From positions 60,534,969-60,598,968 of the forward strand of contig NC_088300.1 in assembly GCF_032854445.1 (NCBI RefSeq): a stretch of DNA of 64,000 nt, read 5' to 3'. How positions within the stretch are numbered: the first letter of the stretch is position 1; each line of letters opens with the position of its first letter. Made by a program: the position numbers and the translations under genes. Source of the stretch: Liolophura sinensis. Lineage: Eukaryota. The notes below the pieces were generated by a model. That model was not told where the DNA came from. It saw nothing but the letters and a program-made list of their open reading frames with translations, and ran no database searches. This document shows positions 38,339 through 52,092 of the stretch, piece by piece.

Positions 38339-38350
38339 ACACACAGCCAC

Positions 38351-38438
38351 GTGCATGTACATAAAGGTATTCTCCGTACCCCAAGGTATACACTTCACGA
38401 AACTTCTTGTTGCGATTTTTCTCCATCAGAAATGTTAC
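38351..38438 (-). CDS. INPP5A: INPP5A-like exon 5. The 3' (low-coordinate) boundary is unresolved.
   Basis: Acceptor atcacgatattag. Translation VTFLMEKNRNKKFREVYTLGYGEYLYVHA... versus human VYLDENYKSQEHFTALGSFYFLHES. Candidate donors are GTACAT (exon low end 38361) or one at 38351. A repeat-C copy begins at 38338. Confidence 0.4.
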
Positions 38439-39125
38439 CTAATATCGTGATACAACAATGTTACAGCTATTTCAAAACAAGAATTCATAACTTTTCATCG
38501 CCAAATCTGACAATAATTCATAAATGACAAAATGACAAATTTGAAGACCAGTATTACATCAGTCAAAAATGTTCATGTAGCTTGTACATGTTTCACCATC
38601 AGACATGAAGATACCTGTACAACTAAAAAAAAACTCCACTGATGAGTGCCTACCCATGCAATGTCATACAATTTTCAAAATTTATGACCTTTTTGTGGGA
38701 ACAGTCTGATAGAACTTTGGTACGTGGAAAAATAAATTTGCACTGTTGTATTAAGATTACATCCTTAGTGACACTAATGAATCATTTAGTGTCATTTCCA
38801 TACTAATTGTACGTATAAATTCCACTCCAAAAAATTTGAAGATTTACAGTGTTCATTGTTTTTTTCCTGACCATGCATGCATGGCAATTAGTCCATGAGA
38901 TACAACACAGGGTGCATATATTTATGAAGAAAAATCTCTCTGAATTAAGTTTCATGTAAGTGATGGAAAAACTTTTTCAACTTTCACTTTACCAAACAAC
39001 TTTGATCCATGCTTTAACCTAACAAGAACTTGATTGTCTGCACAGGTATTGTGGTAACAATAATTGTAGCCAGGTTTAAAGTTTGACAAAGAAAACAAAC
39101 CCAATATCATCTTGTTACATGTAAC

Positions 39126-39171
39126 AGAGGTGTCAGCGTATTCCTTTAACGCAGCTAGCGCATGTGCCACT
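39126..39171 (-). CDS. INPP5A: INPP5A-like exon 4. Boundaries less certain; alternative donor at 39119.
   Basis: First nt A completes AAA (K). Then VAHALAALKEYADTS versus human (K)ELLSSDAMKEYNRAR. Phases fit exon 3 (+2) and exon 5 (0). The acceptor lacks a pyrimidine tract and the donor GTTACA is weak. Confidence 0.5.
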
Positions 39172-40647
39172 CTCTACACTCGCTTTACATCACTGCCACC
39201 ACCAGACAAACTTGACATTTTGAGCCTGTGTGATGCACTTTCATGTAGTCTTCTTTAGGCTACACCTCACCACTGGTGTTCTCTCGTGGAACTTAGACAG
39301 CGGTGCATGAGCTGCAGGAGTATGTGGTGTATTCAATTTGACTTTTTTTGTGTCTGCCATCAGTGCAGCCTGCAACCCAATTCACTTCATTTTCTTCACA
39401 ATGAAAAACAACAGCTAATTTATATGAAGAATCAAACATTGCTGACTATATGTAAAATGCATCAGACCGAGGAATGAATAGAAATGATGACAAGGACTAA
39501 AAAAAGGACACCTGGATGTTGTGAACAGACAAGATATTATCTACTATGGTATACAGCATTAGCTAGAGCTTATCTGATCACAGCCATACAACTTAGCTGC
39601 ATTTGAAAGGTGATCGTGCAGTGATAGATAAAGAGGCTATAGAATTCAGTATTTGATCGTGCGGATGGAAATGTCATGATTTATTTGTCAATACATTAAA
39701 TTTGCTATTGAGTGCTGTCAGTTACAATGGCTAAGATGGAAATCTACACCAAAAGTGGATTTGTCTTCCTCATGTGGTTTCAACCTTTTGACAACCACTG
39801 GTTATAATTTTCAACTTTTCCAGAGCATGAAGTGAGCTTAAAGTGTTTTTCTAAGTTACCTAATCCTTCCATATCATCCGTCCAGGGATGACACCAATAA
39901 TGGGAAGAAGATATGCCTAGCAGTGAGGTATAGGCCTAGATACCCGGGTGTGGCAATAAGCTACTGTCTCTGAAGACACCATTATCTGTCACTTACATGT
40001 ATCTGTCAGACAGAACATTCCAGGGTCTTTTCTTCACAATCATAAGGCTTGCAACATAATTGTCAACACCAAAATGGTGTAATGCTTACATGTTCTACAC
40101 TTCATAATGGTATTCCAAGTCACAATCTAAAATGGGCCCAATGTCTTTGGCACTTGCATTAAAAGCTATGAAAGTCTAAATCATATGATCATTTATAAAA
40201 TAAATTATTCTCTATATGCCAATTAAGAAAATCCAAGACACATAGAATTGATCCAAATAAGCCCCATTCACTTTTCAGAGGGCCACCATTTTTTTAGACA
40301 AAATGTTATGAGATCCTGCAGTACAATTGGGAGCTGGAGCTAATTTTCACTAAACTGCCTATTCTTACCACATTAAATATCTCTTTAATTTGAAGTCTAC
40401 ATGGCAATATGTTTTCAATCTGCAGTAAATTATAACCAAAACAATGGAAAACTCAAAATGCCACGTAGAAAGTGCTACTTTGAAATGTTGACGTTCTATT
40501 GACTATAGAAATCAGCTACAGCCTCAAACTTCAAAGGCCACTGCATGTCCACAAATGGATGTTAATTTGATAATGGCTGCTCTGCTGGGACAAGCGTATT
40601 GTAACACATGGCCTGAAATGCAAATGTGGCTTTCTGGTTGAACTTAC

Positions 40648-40748
40648 TTGATAAAATGGTTCACATGTTGCATGGAAGCCTCATAATTTTTCCCACCCAC
40701 TTCCTGGAGATGCAGGGCAAATAGTCCAGGTTCTATGTTTGAGATAGT
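40648..40748 (-). CDS. INPP5A: INPP5A-like exon 3
   Basis: Acceptor ttattttgcag and donor GTAAGT. Translation TISNIEPGLFALHLQEVGGKNYEASMQHVNHFI(+AA) versus human VVHTHKPHFMALHCQEFGGKNYEASMSHVDKFV. This segment contains the conserved 5-phosphatase QE motif. Confidence 0.8.
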
Positions 40749-42057
40749 CTGCAAAATAAAGTTAAAATCTGACTCATACACTTTACTGAAAGTAACTTTC
40801 AACATTTTTTTTTAAGAAAGTTTTCACAGGATTTCATCATGTACAGTAGAAAATATGATGTGACGATGTACCATTAATAACTACAAGCATCATACATGTG
40901 ATCATAAATATGAGCCTGCTTCACACACGTAAATAAATACAAGCACCTGCATGTAAACAAATACCCTACATGTAAACAAATACAAATACCTTACATGTAA
41001 ATAAACACACACAGGACACATTATATTTATTTATTTGCATACTCAAGAGTAAGTCACTAATACAACAGCAGCCAATATTATGCTGGGAGAAAACCAAGGA
41101 TTCATCTGCGACCATCTGCACACTTTATAGGACATGTCACTTAAAATTAAATGACAAGCATCCTAAATGTACAAATAAATACAAATGCCCTAAATGTACA
41201 CAAATAACATCATCCTACATGTGAATGAATATAGAAAAATGTGTATACACAGTGTACATGTAAGCATGTGTGTAAAGACAACATGTAGTTGGGAAATGTA
41301 TCTACACGTACATGCAGCTGCAGGAGTGAACACTATACTTATGGTGAGCTCTTCACCAATATTATACTGTATCACCACATGGAGGTACAAGGAATGTGAG
41401 GGCTGCTAAATTGCTGGCAACTGCAGGTCTGTTTGCACAGGGTCAGCAATTCTAAGGGACTGAAAAGTCAAACCAACAGTCAGCTACCTTATTAACCACA
41501 TTTAATCTTTGATACAGGCTATCTAATTGCATGCAATTATATCACAGTTACAGCTCTACAAATTGGTGTGCATGTACATGTATGTTACATGGACAACTTG
41601 TATACACTACATGTTGTTTGCTTATGTTTCTGGTCAAAAGGAAATTTTTATACAGTTTTCCAGACAAAGTTCAGTTGACCTGCAAAAATAAATAAACGGC
41701 AATGTTTATAAAAAAATGACAGTGAATGTAAACCCACTGCTGAAATTAACTATGTACCTATCCAGATTCAGTATATAAAGGTATATACATGTACACCTGG
41801 CTTGACTGTCAGAAGTAAATATATAGAGAAAACATGTCACCACTTTATGTGGTAAATTTGCACTAACTCTGGTGTGATTGGCCACTGCCATTCAAAATAA
41901 AAACTTCACATACTAAGAAATTATGGGAAATGATTTTTCGTGTTATTGTTGAATCAAACACTTTACCCTCAGTTAAGGGACGTTTCGAGTTCTACTGTCT
42001 CATGTGACTTGTGAAAAATGTTAGGTAAACTTAGTTGACATTGATTTTCCAATCAGC

Positions 42058-42170
42058 TCTTTCAGCATGCTCCAGAGGCACAAATGTCACATCTTTCAGC
42101 ATGCTCCAGAGGCACAAATGTCACATCTTTAAGCATGCTCCAGAGGCACAAATGTCATATCTTTCAGAAA
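42058..42170. repeat. Tandem repeat, 34-bp unit (tttcagcatgctccagaggcacaaatgtcacatc), about 3.3 copies
   Basis: Three near-identical consecutive copies. Confidence 0.85.
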
Positions 42171-45100
42171 CTTCTCAAGTTCTTGAATGTTCAGTTCCTC
42201 AATTTTAAAGCTCATGTACATGTACTCTATTTAAATAACTTTCTGCAAACTTTTTTCATAAGCCCATGTCATAGTAAATGTGATCAATAATAGTTAATTT
42301 CAATGATAAAACACTGGTTTTGAGGTTTTGAAGTGTTTGACAATTTTGTACATTATATATAAAAGTAACCTTCATCATGAGTTTAAACATGGCACTTAAC
42401 TATTCCTGCACCCTACGTTTTCCTCTGCAATCTTACCAGGATGCATCGCGTCATGTTTTTCTACAAATAGAAATACCCTGAGGATCATGAGATACATAGG
42501 CTAGCTGTCTCAGGGATTGATAGCAGCAATTCAAAGCACATTTGCGATAAAGTACAATCAAAAGCACAATACTTAATGACATGTAGCTTGTTTATTTGAA
42601 AAACATTTTTACATACACTGTACACTTTGGACTTCATCAATGCAACCTGATAAGCTAGAAGACACTTAATCCATGAATTAAGATAGAACGCTGTATTGAC
42701 TTGGCAACTGTCCAACACATCTGCAAATGTCATATTCACTACAGGCTAAAAATAACACCATTCTAAATTACATCACACCAGCTGATCAACTGAGGGATAC
42801 TGACTTTAATATAGATTTATAATAAGAATCATCTGGCTTTCCATTCAAGTTGATTAAATTTCTATCATTAATTTCATAAAAGACAAGAAATACTACAACC
42901 CAAGAAGGGTGAAAAGAGACCTAAATAGTTACATTTTGTTCTGCCATGTTGGTAACTATAAATTAACTTCTAATAAGGAATTCTTATGAGGCCATATGAG
43001 TATCGCAACATAAGAGCAACTGGAAACACCATGTCACCGAACTCGTTCCCCAAGCTCATATTAAAGCGCAGAACAGGTTTCGGGTGACGTAAACAGAAAC
43101 ATAGGAGTCTTCAGGTTATAGTAATATCTCGCGCCAGATTGGATAAAAAGGAAAACATGGCGATGCCATTGATTATATTGTGTCAACTGGCGTGATATTG
43201 CTTACTTAGTGACCACTTGTATAAAAAAAATTCAGAGAAAGAGCTCATCAATTTATCGACCATATTGAAACACAACATGAGTCAGCATGTCAGCATCTAC
43301 AACCACATGGCTGGTGCGCTGGACACGGTACATTCTAACAGTGATAACAACCTCTGATCAAGACATGTGGACCATCGGCTTATCAGACCTTCAGTGTATC
43401 GTCTGTGTAGGGGGAGAAACGTGATTAGCGTGTGGTCAGCGCAGACGGTCAGCATACCATGCGGCAATCGTCCGTGTATCTTGGCCCACGATGGGCAAAG
43501 GATTTTAGGTTAGGATCTGGCTGTACTGTTTGTACAATCTATACTCGCTCTTCAATTGTTTGCCTGGGATTGAACTTTGCATAGAACATAATTCTGGTCA
43601 ACTTACGACCATGTCTTATGGTCTTTATAGGCCATGATCAAGAATAAATATTACATTTGTATAGAGGTGATTTCAAGGATATGGGTGGAGGCAGGAAAAC
43701 CAGTTACAATCTGACATATAAAGCAATATATACAATAAGACAACACATTTATCAAAGTACGTATTCCCGGAGTTTAAAATCTTCTTCCTGATCTAATACA
43801 CGCTTTCTTTTGTTATATTATACTGCAACCTTACTAACTTAACAGGCCAACAATACAGCCTCTGTCATTTCCAGCCAGTCAGTATATATATGTACACAAC
43901 GCATACCTGTACAACACATACATCCACACAGCATTCCAGCATTATCTCTCCCATCAAAATAGTCAATAGATATCGGGTATACACCTAACCAAAATCAAAT
44001 CACTGAAATCGCTTACACTGGGCAGCACTAGCACACTATTATTCTCCTGTTAATCTAGTGGTGAGCCAGCCAGCCCAACGAGACGCACAGGCCAAGTGTC
44101 AATTACTGCCGTTAGCCATGGCTAATTCTGAGTTGGAATCCCCTATAGCCTGCTAGCCAAACTAGCGCTGTTGTTGATTATTATGTAAACATCTGTACTA
44201 GAGGGATCCCACTCAGCTAAACAATCTCTGCCAAATTCCAAGCTTCAGCCCTGCTTAAATCTGTGATGTTCTAGCTGCCAGGAATCCACAGCACTTCCCC
44301 TTCTAAGAATCACTCATGTATGTATTTGTATGGCTATAGCTATATACTGTACATGACATAAAAACTTCAAACTATAAACTGTTCCTCACTTCAATGTCTG
44401 ATTCTGAGAGTTCTTTTAATGTTAAACAGAAAAATGTCTTAAGGCTTGAACCAAAAGTTTTAAGCAATATTTCTTAAACTTTTTTTGCTTCTGAAACTGT
44501 TTGTTCAGGCAAATTTTTAGGGCATACACGGTATATCTATTAAAAGAATTAACTGTTTTACTCCTTGTTTATTTTCCATTGCTTGTTTTGTTCCTATTGT
44601 ACATGTAATTGTACATTCCACAGGAAGATTCACGTAGGTGCAAATCTGAGTACATGGAAGAATAGGACCTTTGTCTCTGCAATCGAAGGAAATTTTGAAT
44701 TTAAGGTCATGTGTTCACAGTTATTCTACAAAGTACTTTTTTTTATTCAAAAACTGGAATTCAGAGTGCACCACTTAATAATTACACATCACCACATAGT
44801 CTCAAACTAATACACAAGTAGCGTAAACCCAAATGCGGAAGCATCAAATTGACTCAATATTTCAGCATTTAATAATTTATTTTGAGACCATCAGAAGTCA
44901 GAAAAGTTTCTGACATAAATTTGGAATGAGTGACATCGTGTGACAGAATTCTACGATTTTTGGACATGATACCTAGTTAATCACCAAAACTTTTTCCTCT
45001 ATAAGAAAGATCTAAATGTTACACTCTCACAAGAATGCATGTATACAAACAACACACAGTTCTGAACTTGTACATGTAAGCATCATTATAACAGGATAAT

Positions 45101-45294
45101 GATAAAAACATCAACAATGCCTGATATCGCGTAATCCGTAAAAAATCTCAATGTGCTTTTCTCAATTTCAATGCATGGTTAAAGTTACGTGGAGAAAAGA
45201 TTCTACCCATCAATCACTGTTTAGTTTAACTGCACCATATGGTGAAGGTCAGAAGGATGTTATACCGATCGATCAATACAACTGACGCAGACAA

Positions 45295-45475
45295 GATTCA
45301 CGGTTTTCATTTAGGGGATGTTTTAGGGCAATATACTCAAGAACATTTCTCTTGTACAGAGTCAGTCACTGTTACGGCTGGAGGAAACTATGCCGAGCCA
45401 TGAGGAAATCAGTGGGCCTCACCAAGCAGACCAAGTATACCTGGCAACTCTCCTGTTGTTCTGGAGACATGAACA
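45295..45475 (-). mobile_element. Related SINE subfamily copy that shares the SINE-A/SINE-B tail
   Basis: The reverse complement ends ...gtacaagagaaatgttcttgagtatattgccctaaaacacc, similar to the gtataagtgaaatattcttgagtacggcgtaaaacacc tail. The body differs. Confidence 0.5.
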
Positions 45476-45790
45476 TGTACCACCCCTCTGATCGAGGTCT
45501 ACATAAACATGTATAATGGTCCTAACCACTCAACCAGCAGTCACACACAATGGCTCACTGCTGAAATTAGCAATTCAACATGCCCAAAGAACGTCAATAC
45601 TCGTCCAACCTTAAAGACAATAAGACAATGAATTTCCAAAGAACGTGTACATGTATCTTTGAGATAAAATTAGCGGAGTGGGATTCAGTACATGAGACAC
45701 AATCTCAGATATTTACTAAACCACATATACATGTACATCTTAACAAGCATATACATGTATACTGTACATGTACAACAGGGGTAACAACTG

Positions 45791-45948
45791 CTGTAATTCT
45801 TCAACCTTTTTACATGTACGCAAGGTGTACATTTGAGCATATAATCTGAGGGCAATATTATGCGTTGATAAAACTATACTTAGTGCATAAATTGCATAAA
45901 GAACACTTAAAAAGGCTCTTTCATCTGTGAAAAGGTTGAGGAATTAGA
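45791..45948 (-). mobile_element. Repeat family C copy
   Basis: Reverse-complement copy: ctgtaattcttcaacctttttacatgtacgcaaggtg...ctgtgaaaaggttgaggaattag. Confidence 0.65.
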
Positions 45949-46669
45949 GATAGGATTCTTTGACTAGGGTTTAATAAGGCTTTCACCATTATTTTGTTCA
46001 AATCATGGCAGCGTTTTAGTATAGCATTTAGTCCTTGACTTTGTTATGGTGCTGCCTCACTCTAACAACATTCTGATAATAAACACCCTAGATGCCTACT
46101 GATGCATTCACACCTGAGGTTGACCATTACAACTTAGACAAATACAGTATCATATCTTATATCAGTTACATCCAATTAATTAATGACTTGGGTCTCAGAG
46201 GACATAATATGTGTTACTCTGTATGAAAGTCCAGTGTCAAGGCAAATATTTATTTAAATATTAAAATGTGAAGTGTCTTCAGTCAAGAATCCATAAAATA
46301 ACTGTAAGCAGTAACATATGAATAGACCTACTTTACACTACACTACAAATATAAACCAGGCTGAAGAACAAATCCTTCAAACCATTGGATTTCCTTGTGA
46401 GCAGACAACAAATACAAGCACTTTCTAACAATGCGACAATTTCCATTTATATTAGCTGCCTTTTTTAGTCTAAACCTATGGCACAAACCATCTAATAATT
46501 ATGTGATCACAATGTAAAAAGCCCCAAGGTACATGTATGACAGACAAATATAATTCCAGCTTGACATAAATTCACATGCTTTGAACATTTTTATTTTTTA
46601 TCACTGAGCATTCTTTCAGAGACTTGGGTATATAAAAACATAATAGAAGTCTTATTGATTTTACTTTAC

Positions 46670-46711
46670 CTTCAGAAATTCCTGTAGCCATATCTTCAAC
46701 ATATGTTCTGG
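46670..46711 (-). CDS. INPP5A: INPP5A-like exon 2 (42-nt microexon, phase 0 to 0)
   Basis: Acceptor tcttctctttccag and donor GTAAAG. Translation PEHMLKIWLQEFLK versus human PENLQKNWLREFYQ. Position and phase fit between exon 1 and exon 3. Confidence 0.6.
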
Positions 46712-47134
46712 CTGGAAAGAGAAGAAGCAAAAAAAGATTACACACAACATAAAGTGTATTGCTGAACAAAAAATGCATCCTTTCAGCTGAGGATAAGAAA
46801 GCCTGGAGACAAATGAATTGAAAAGAAGTAAGACAATGCGATAAACTGTGCATAATTACAAAAGGGTGAAACAAATTCAGCACATGGAATTTACAGCACC
46901 TTTATGAATACATACTTATGCATTACTTATGCATGTTGCCAAAGAATAAATACAAGAAAAAGTCAATGTAAAACCAACAACTCAAAACTTCTTCTATACC
47001 AGAAGATTTTGTAACCAAACTAAAAAATAAGCCACAATCTATAAGGTCACATATCATACATGTCCATGTATAACTGATGCTATGTATGGAGAATCATCAT
47101 TTTATCGGTAAATACCAAACTATTTATGTATATC

Positions 47135-47275
47135 TTATTTATTTATTTATCAATTTGATTGGTGCTTTACACCATACTCCAGAATATTTCACTTATACAA
47201 CGGCAACCAACATTATGGTGGGAGGAAATCTAGCAGAACCAGGGGAAAATCCATGCTCTGGCATGCTATCCAATT
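47135..47275 (-). mobile_element. SINE-A copy
   Basis: The reverse complement matches the family body and tail (…cctggttctgctagatttcctcccaccataatgttggttgccgttgtataagtgaaatattctggagtatggtgtaaagcaccaatcaaattgataaataaataaataag). Confidence 0.75.
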
Positions 47276-50200
47276 AACCCAATTAACATATAACATGCGT
47301 AAAACCTATATATACATGTTGCGGCTTAGCCACCATACAACATATGTGAACAAAGTGTTCAGGACATTACTAAGAAAAGACTGCCAAGGATTTTCATTTA
47401 ATTTGTCAATCATTTCACATAAAGACTGTCGTCCCAGTACTCCTTATGTCTTGCAAGATCTTCAAATAAGGTTGTTTGTTGATGCAAATTTTCATATCTG
47501 TTTGCACACTGATCACCAATATTCACTGTACTAGTAGTTTAATTGGTCAACCACAATCTGCTTCACTATTCTTTCACCAACATAATGAAGACAGTAGACC
47601 GAGTCGCGGTACATCCATTAAGGTGAGTGTATAGCATACCTAACACTACTAATGTGTGGACATGTACAAGTAATGCACAGCCTGATGCCTCTGCCAGTTC
47701 TTGCTGTCTTTTATCAGGTTTGAGTGCCCGCCAACACAAGGTGTTGCAGGGCATTAGTAAAGTAGTCCTTAAACGTAAAACTCACAGAAATTGTGCCAGG
47801 TACTTAGAGCAGATGCAAAGGTGGCAAATGTCGGGCAAACAGTGGTTTTGTGTAAAGTTAATTCTTGTCAGGAATGTAGTATTCCACGATGGATGTGATC
47901 TGACTGACACAGTGTTCCATACAGTTTTATAGTTGGAGGAAACTTAAGTGCCCTGTAGCTAGTTTGACCTAGCTGACCTTTGGCAAGTTACCTTCTCAAT
48001 TATGACATGGTGGCCATTATGGTTAGACATGGTCTTCAAAGAACATTGGTGGGTGCAAAATTAATCGTCACTCGTTCGCGGTCAAATGCTATTTTCCACC
48101 ACAGTCCTTCAAAGAGTGCGACTGGGGCAGTTCATAAATTCCATATCCGCACCTTGAGTGTCTTAGTGATCGAAAGACAGTGACTCCCTCCCTGCAATTA
48201 TCGTGAATGCATATTTATTTATTTAACTGGTGTTTTATGCCCTACTCAGGACTATCATGCACGCATCTCTGACCGTGAATACAAAACAATAAATGCAACC
48301 ACCCACATCATTTATTCCCCCACATGATTATCATGTACTGTACCTCGATCACCTTACTTCGTAGCCACAAGCTAATACTTCACAATGTTTTGCTAATTGA
48401 AATCATTGCTAAATTGTAGCTATGGGCCATGTCATTAAATCTCATTTGGCAATAATTGCATGAAAATGCTAAAGAATATGGGTAAAGGCTATATAATCCA
48501 CACAAAGAATTTATCCTGTTATTTACACTGAACAGTTGCTGTTTTGAAGAGTCATGGAATGGTGTACATAATGATATGGATACAGTGCCTTATAGATAAG
48601 CTCCTGCAGCCATCGCAGTCCCTCATCTCATAGTGCCCCTGGGACTTCATACTGCTAGCAATTTCTCCTCAAAAAGCAATTTAAAACAAAAAAACCTGAT
48701 GCTCTGTCCATGATATTTCATCATCTAGTGTTTAACAGAAAATGTACATGGAAAAAGCTCGAACAATAATGAATATTATTTCACATTAAACTAGTGATTA
48801 AAAATCAGGTTCCTGAAAGGCTGTGAACACATTTTAATTATTCTTAATAAAGTAATCTTTTATTGGATTGATGCAGGCAAAAGTGCATTTATGCCATACT
48901 TCAGTAGCAACAGCAAATAAATGTAAAACTATGCATCAAAACAGATGTTCCTATACCAGCCGTCAACCAAACTGGACAATCCTGGCCAATAATCCCCAAT
49001 AATTCCCAAAAGAACGTTCAACACAAACCTCCACAGAATGAAGCAAGTGTACTAAAGCATGAAATCAGGGATGGAGTCATGTGAAGAGATGCTAAATGCT
49101 AGTCTACATATGTACATTATCTCAGTTGCACTTTACTTACATGTACAAGACAATTATACTCACAGTACATGTAAAAGTAAAGAAACTTGGAGTGAAGGCA
49201 TTTGATGGAATAGCCTCATTTGATGGAATAACCTTGAATAATAAAAATGCACTTTTAGGGGTGAAATTCTAGCTTCATTTACCATTACGGTGCTACCAAA
49301 AAACAACATGAACCTGACAAACTGTAGTTCCACATCCATGTAGCCCATACACATATATGTGACTTACATGTACCAGTGATGCATTTACCTAAGTCCTCAC
49401 CAAATCACCAGTTTCATAGCCCAGTCCCAGCACCATTACAACTTGAGACAGTTAACCTGTGAGAAACTATCTACCAGATATACACTTTCATGATGACCTA
49501 CATGAGCATGTGTATCAGTTAACAGCTCTGCAGTCAGTCAGTATGGTCATTATTCATCTATAGATGGCATCTACATGATAATCTACTGACCATTAAAGAT
49601 AAGAGACTCTTGTCTGTAACAAGCCATGTACATCAAGTAAGTGAGAAGGCCTACACTTTATATACCAGGTCACATGGGCTGAACTCTATCCCCTGGGGTA
49701 CATGCATGTACATTTCTCTACAGTAATTTGGTTTCAAGCTGAATAAGTCTATATAATTGCAGAGCGTAAATTCTGCATGTGCATTACAGTGGTTTAACAA
49801 TGTTGTATTCAATTTGAATACGGTCGATTTTAGCGGATTGGTTAGGTTACCGAATGATTAATATGTTTCTTCAAGAGTATTTTTTGATTTTCATACCTGA
49901 AAATTTGAATTGATGTTGAAAATTCCATCTACATGTACATAGCTTCAATACAGATATCCATGTATGCATGTCATGTGTCAGTATGATCATACCACTTTGC
50001 CCGCAAAATGTCATCTCTAAATCAGGAATGAACCATAGATCACACAGCTTAGGCCTAAATTACTTTAGACCTGAAAGGTTGGCTCCTTGAATGACATTGC
50101 ACGATTTTCAAATTGCCACTCTTGTCAGCAGGATTAACCCTTGCTGAAGAGTTGTTGCCATCTAAATACAGATGTTCTGTTTGCCTCCCTCCTTCCCAGC

Positions 50201-52068
50201 CAGCACTGCTATAGTTTTTTTCCCCTTGTGTGATCAACTGAGGCTGAAGAAACTTGTGATTAACACAAACCCCACTGCTGCTAAACAACCGCCAAATCAA
50301 TCAGGCCATTCCTACACAGACATATGCATGTAATTTAAAAAAAAGGCAGTAAAGAGGATTTCCTTAGTTTTTCAGGAAACTGTGTGAATCTTTCGTGAGA
50401 TTCAGCTTTTAGGAAACACCGGGTGGTGCTGTTTTTTTTTTTAAGAAATTTTAACCAGCTTTCATCACCATCATGAAGTGAATTATGAAATTATATTTAT
50501 AGCAGCATTTTCCACTAAGCACTTAAATATAAATAGCTTTTTGAAATATTTAAGACAATCAAATCTGTACCAGAACACAAAATTAAATTATCAAAAGTGG
50601 CTCAACCTGAAATCAATATCGGTACTTCCACAATTAAGCACTTGAGATTCAGGCAATACTAAGGGATAAAATTAGCGGAATATCAACTTTCTAAAAAAAT
50701 AATACTTTCTCTTATGTTACTGTCATGATAGTATTGTTAATGATTAGGATGAGAATTGATAGCTGTGTGCAATAAGAAAGAACCCTGTGAATATTGGTTG
50801 ATTTCTCAATATGGAGTTCAGTCTACACTGTGAGCTACAAGTTTGTTTGCTAGCTTATTCATCATATGTTACAAACAAATCACTGGTAGGGCAGCCAAGA
50901 ACTGTGTTGCAAATGGTGGCTATAAAGTCTATTCACAGAAACTAATTATGAAACAAGGTCCACAAATAAAAACATGAGAGATACTAATATTTCTTTGTGA
51001 TAAAAATTATATTATATTTATTTATTGTTATAATATAAAATGTTTATTATTGATAAAATAATCTTGGTTATTTCAAAGAGTACCAGTAGAAAACTTGAGG
51101 AAGTAATGAATAAGCGAGCAAGTCCAAAGGTGGAGAACAGAAGAAAGACTGTTCCATGCAGTGGGCTGCAGATTTACTTTCTGGTGGGGATGGGATGAAT
51201 ATTGTAAAAACCTTCTGAAGAAATCAGAAAAAATGATCCATATGTTAAGCAGCGAATTTGTGATAATTAACCAAGGAAAGAGGAGTGTGGATTTTGATTC
51301 TTTATAACTAATTATACTGACCAATTGAGCCATTCCATAAATGATAATAGAGTATATGATGTACATGTAAATATTAAATGAATATTTCAATCAGGGATTG
51401 TCATTAAGAGAGAGACAGATATATGCGTTCAGTTCACCATAAGACTGGTTGGTAGATTATTCTCTTCAGAAGACTAAAACAATATGACTGATATTTGTTG
51501 ACATGACTTAACTGTTTGCATGTTTATTAAATGTATACTTGCCTGTTTTCATTAACTTCTAGGAAAAAACTCATTCCGAACAATGAATATATATGTACAT
51601 GTAAATAATTTTGTACTGTGTTAGTTCACACCTGTATGTGGTAAAATTACAGGAAATAAACACTGTCTGCTGATAGATACTGCATGACACCAAATGCATA
51701 TATCAGTTATTGGCATAAGGAACATCAATAAGGTGTTATTGTGCTGTGGTAGGGTTGTCATCTACACATGAATAAATCAAACTGCAGTATCACAAAGTGC
51801 TCCTGGTTGCCTTGCATGTCACACCCTGAAATGTTGTGGCCATTAAGTACAATGCCCAGACACGTGCATATAAATGTACCCTAAATGACCATGAATTTTG
51901 TCCATGACTAACTTACCCATTTGTCCTGATTCTGAGAGTTCTACTGAGTTTAGAATTTAGACCCTGGGATGATATTCTACTGGAACATTGTAAGTTTAAT
52001 ATTTTGTCACATTTATTTGTCTCTAAAAATGCACTTTTGTGGTTGAAATTTTAGGTCATTTAGAATAT

Positions 52069-52092
52069 ACATATATATATATATATATATAT
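52069..52092. repeat. (AT)n microsatellite
   Basis: Sequence atatatatatatatatatatatat. Confidence 0.9.

Noticed and set aside
38100-38340. Portion of the 108-aa minus ORF reading ...AIYAHFSFDFVDKTT, similar to INPP5A NIYQFDFKAKKY
   Set aside because: This stretch is the reverse complement of a repeat-family-C copy (38123-38338). The similarity is coincidental. Only the part upstream of 38338 is retained as exon 5.
50055-50300. Minus-strand ORF containing QGEKNYSSAG, reminiscent of INPP5A QEFGGKNYEAS
   Set aside because: The genuine GGKNYEAS exon was found at 40648-40748 with good splice sites. This ORF lacks splice signals and contains a poly-A run.
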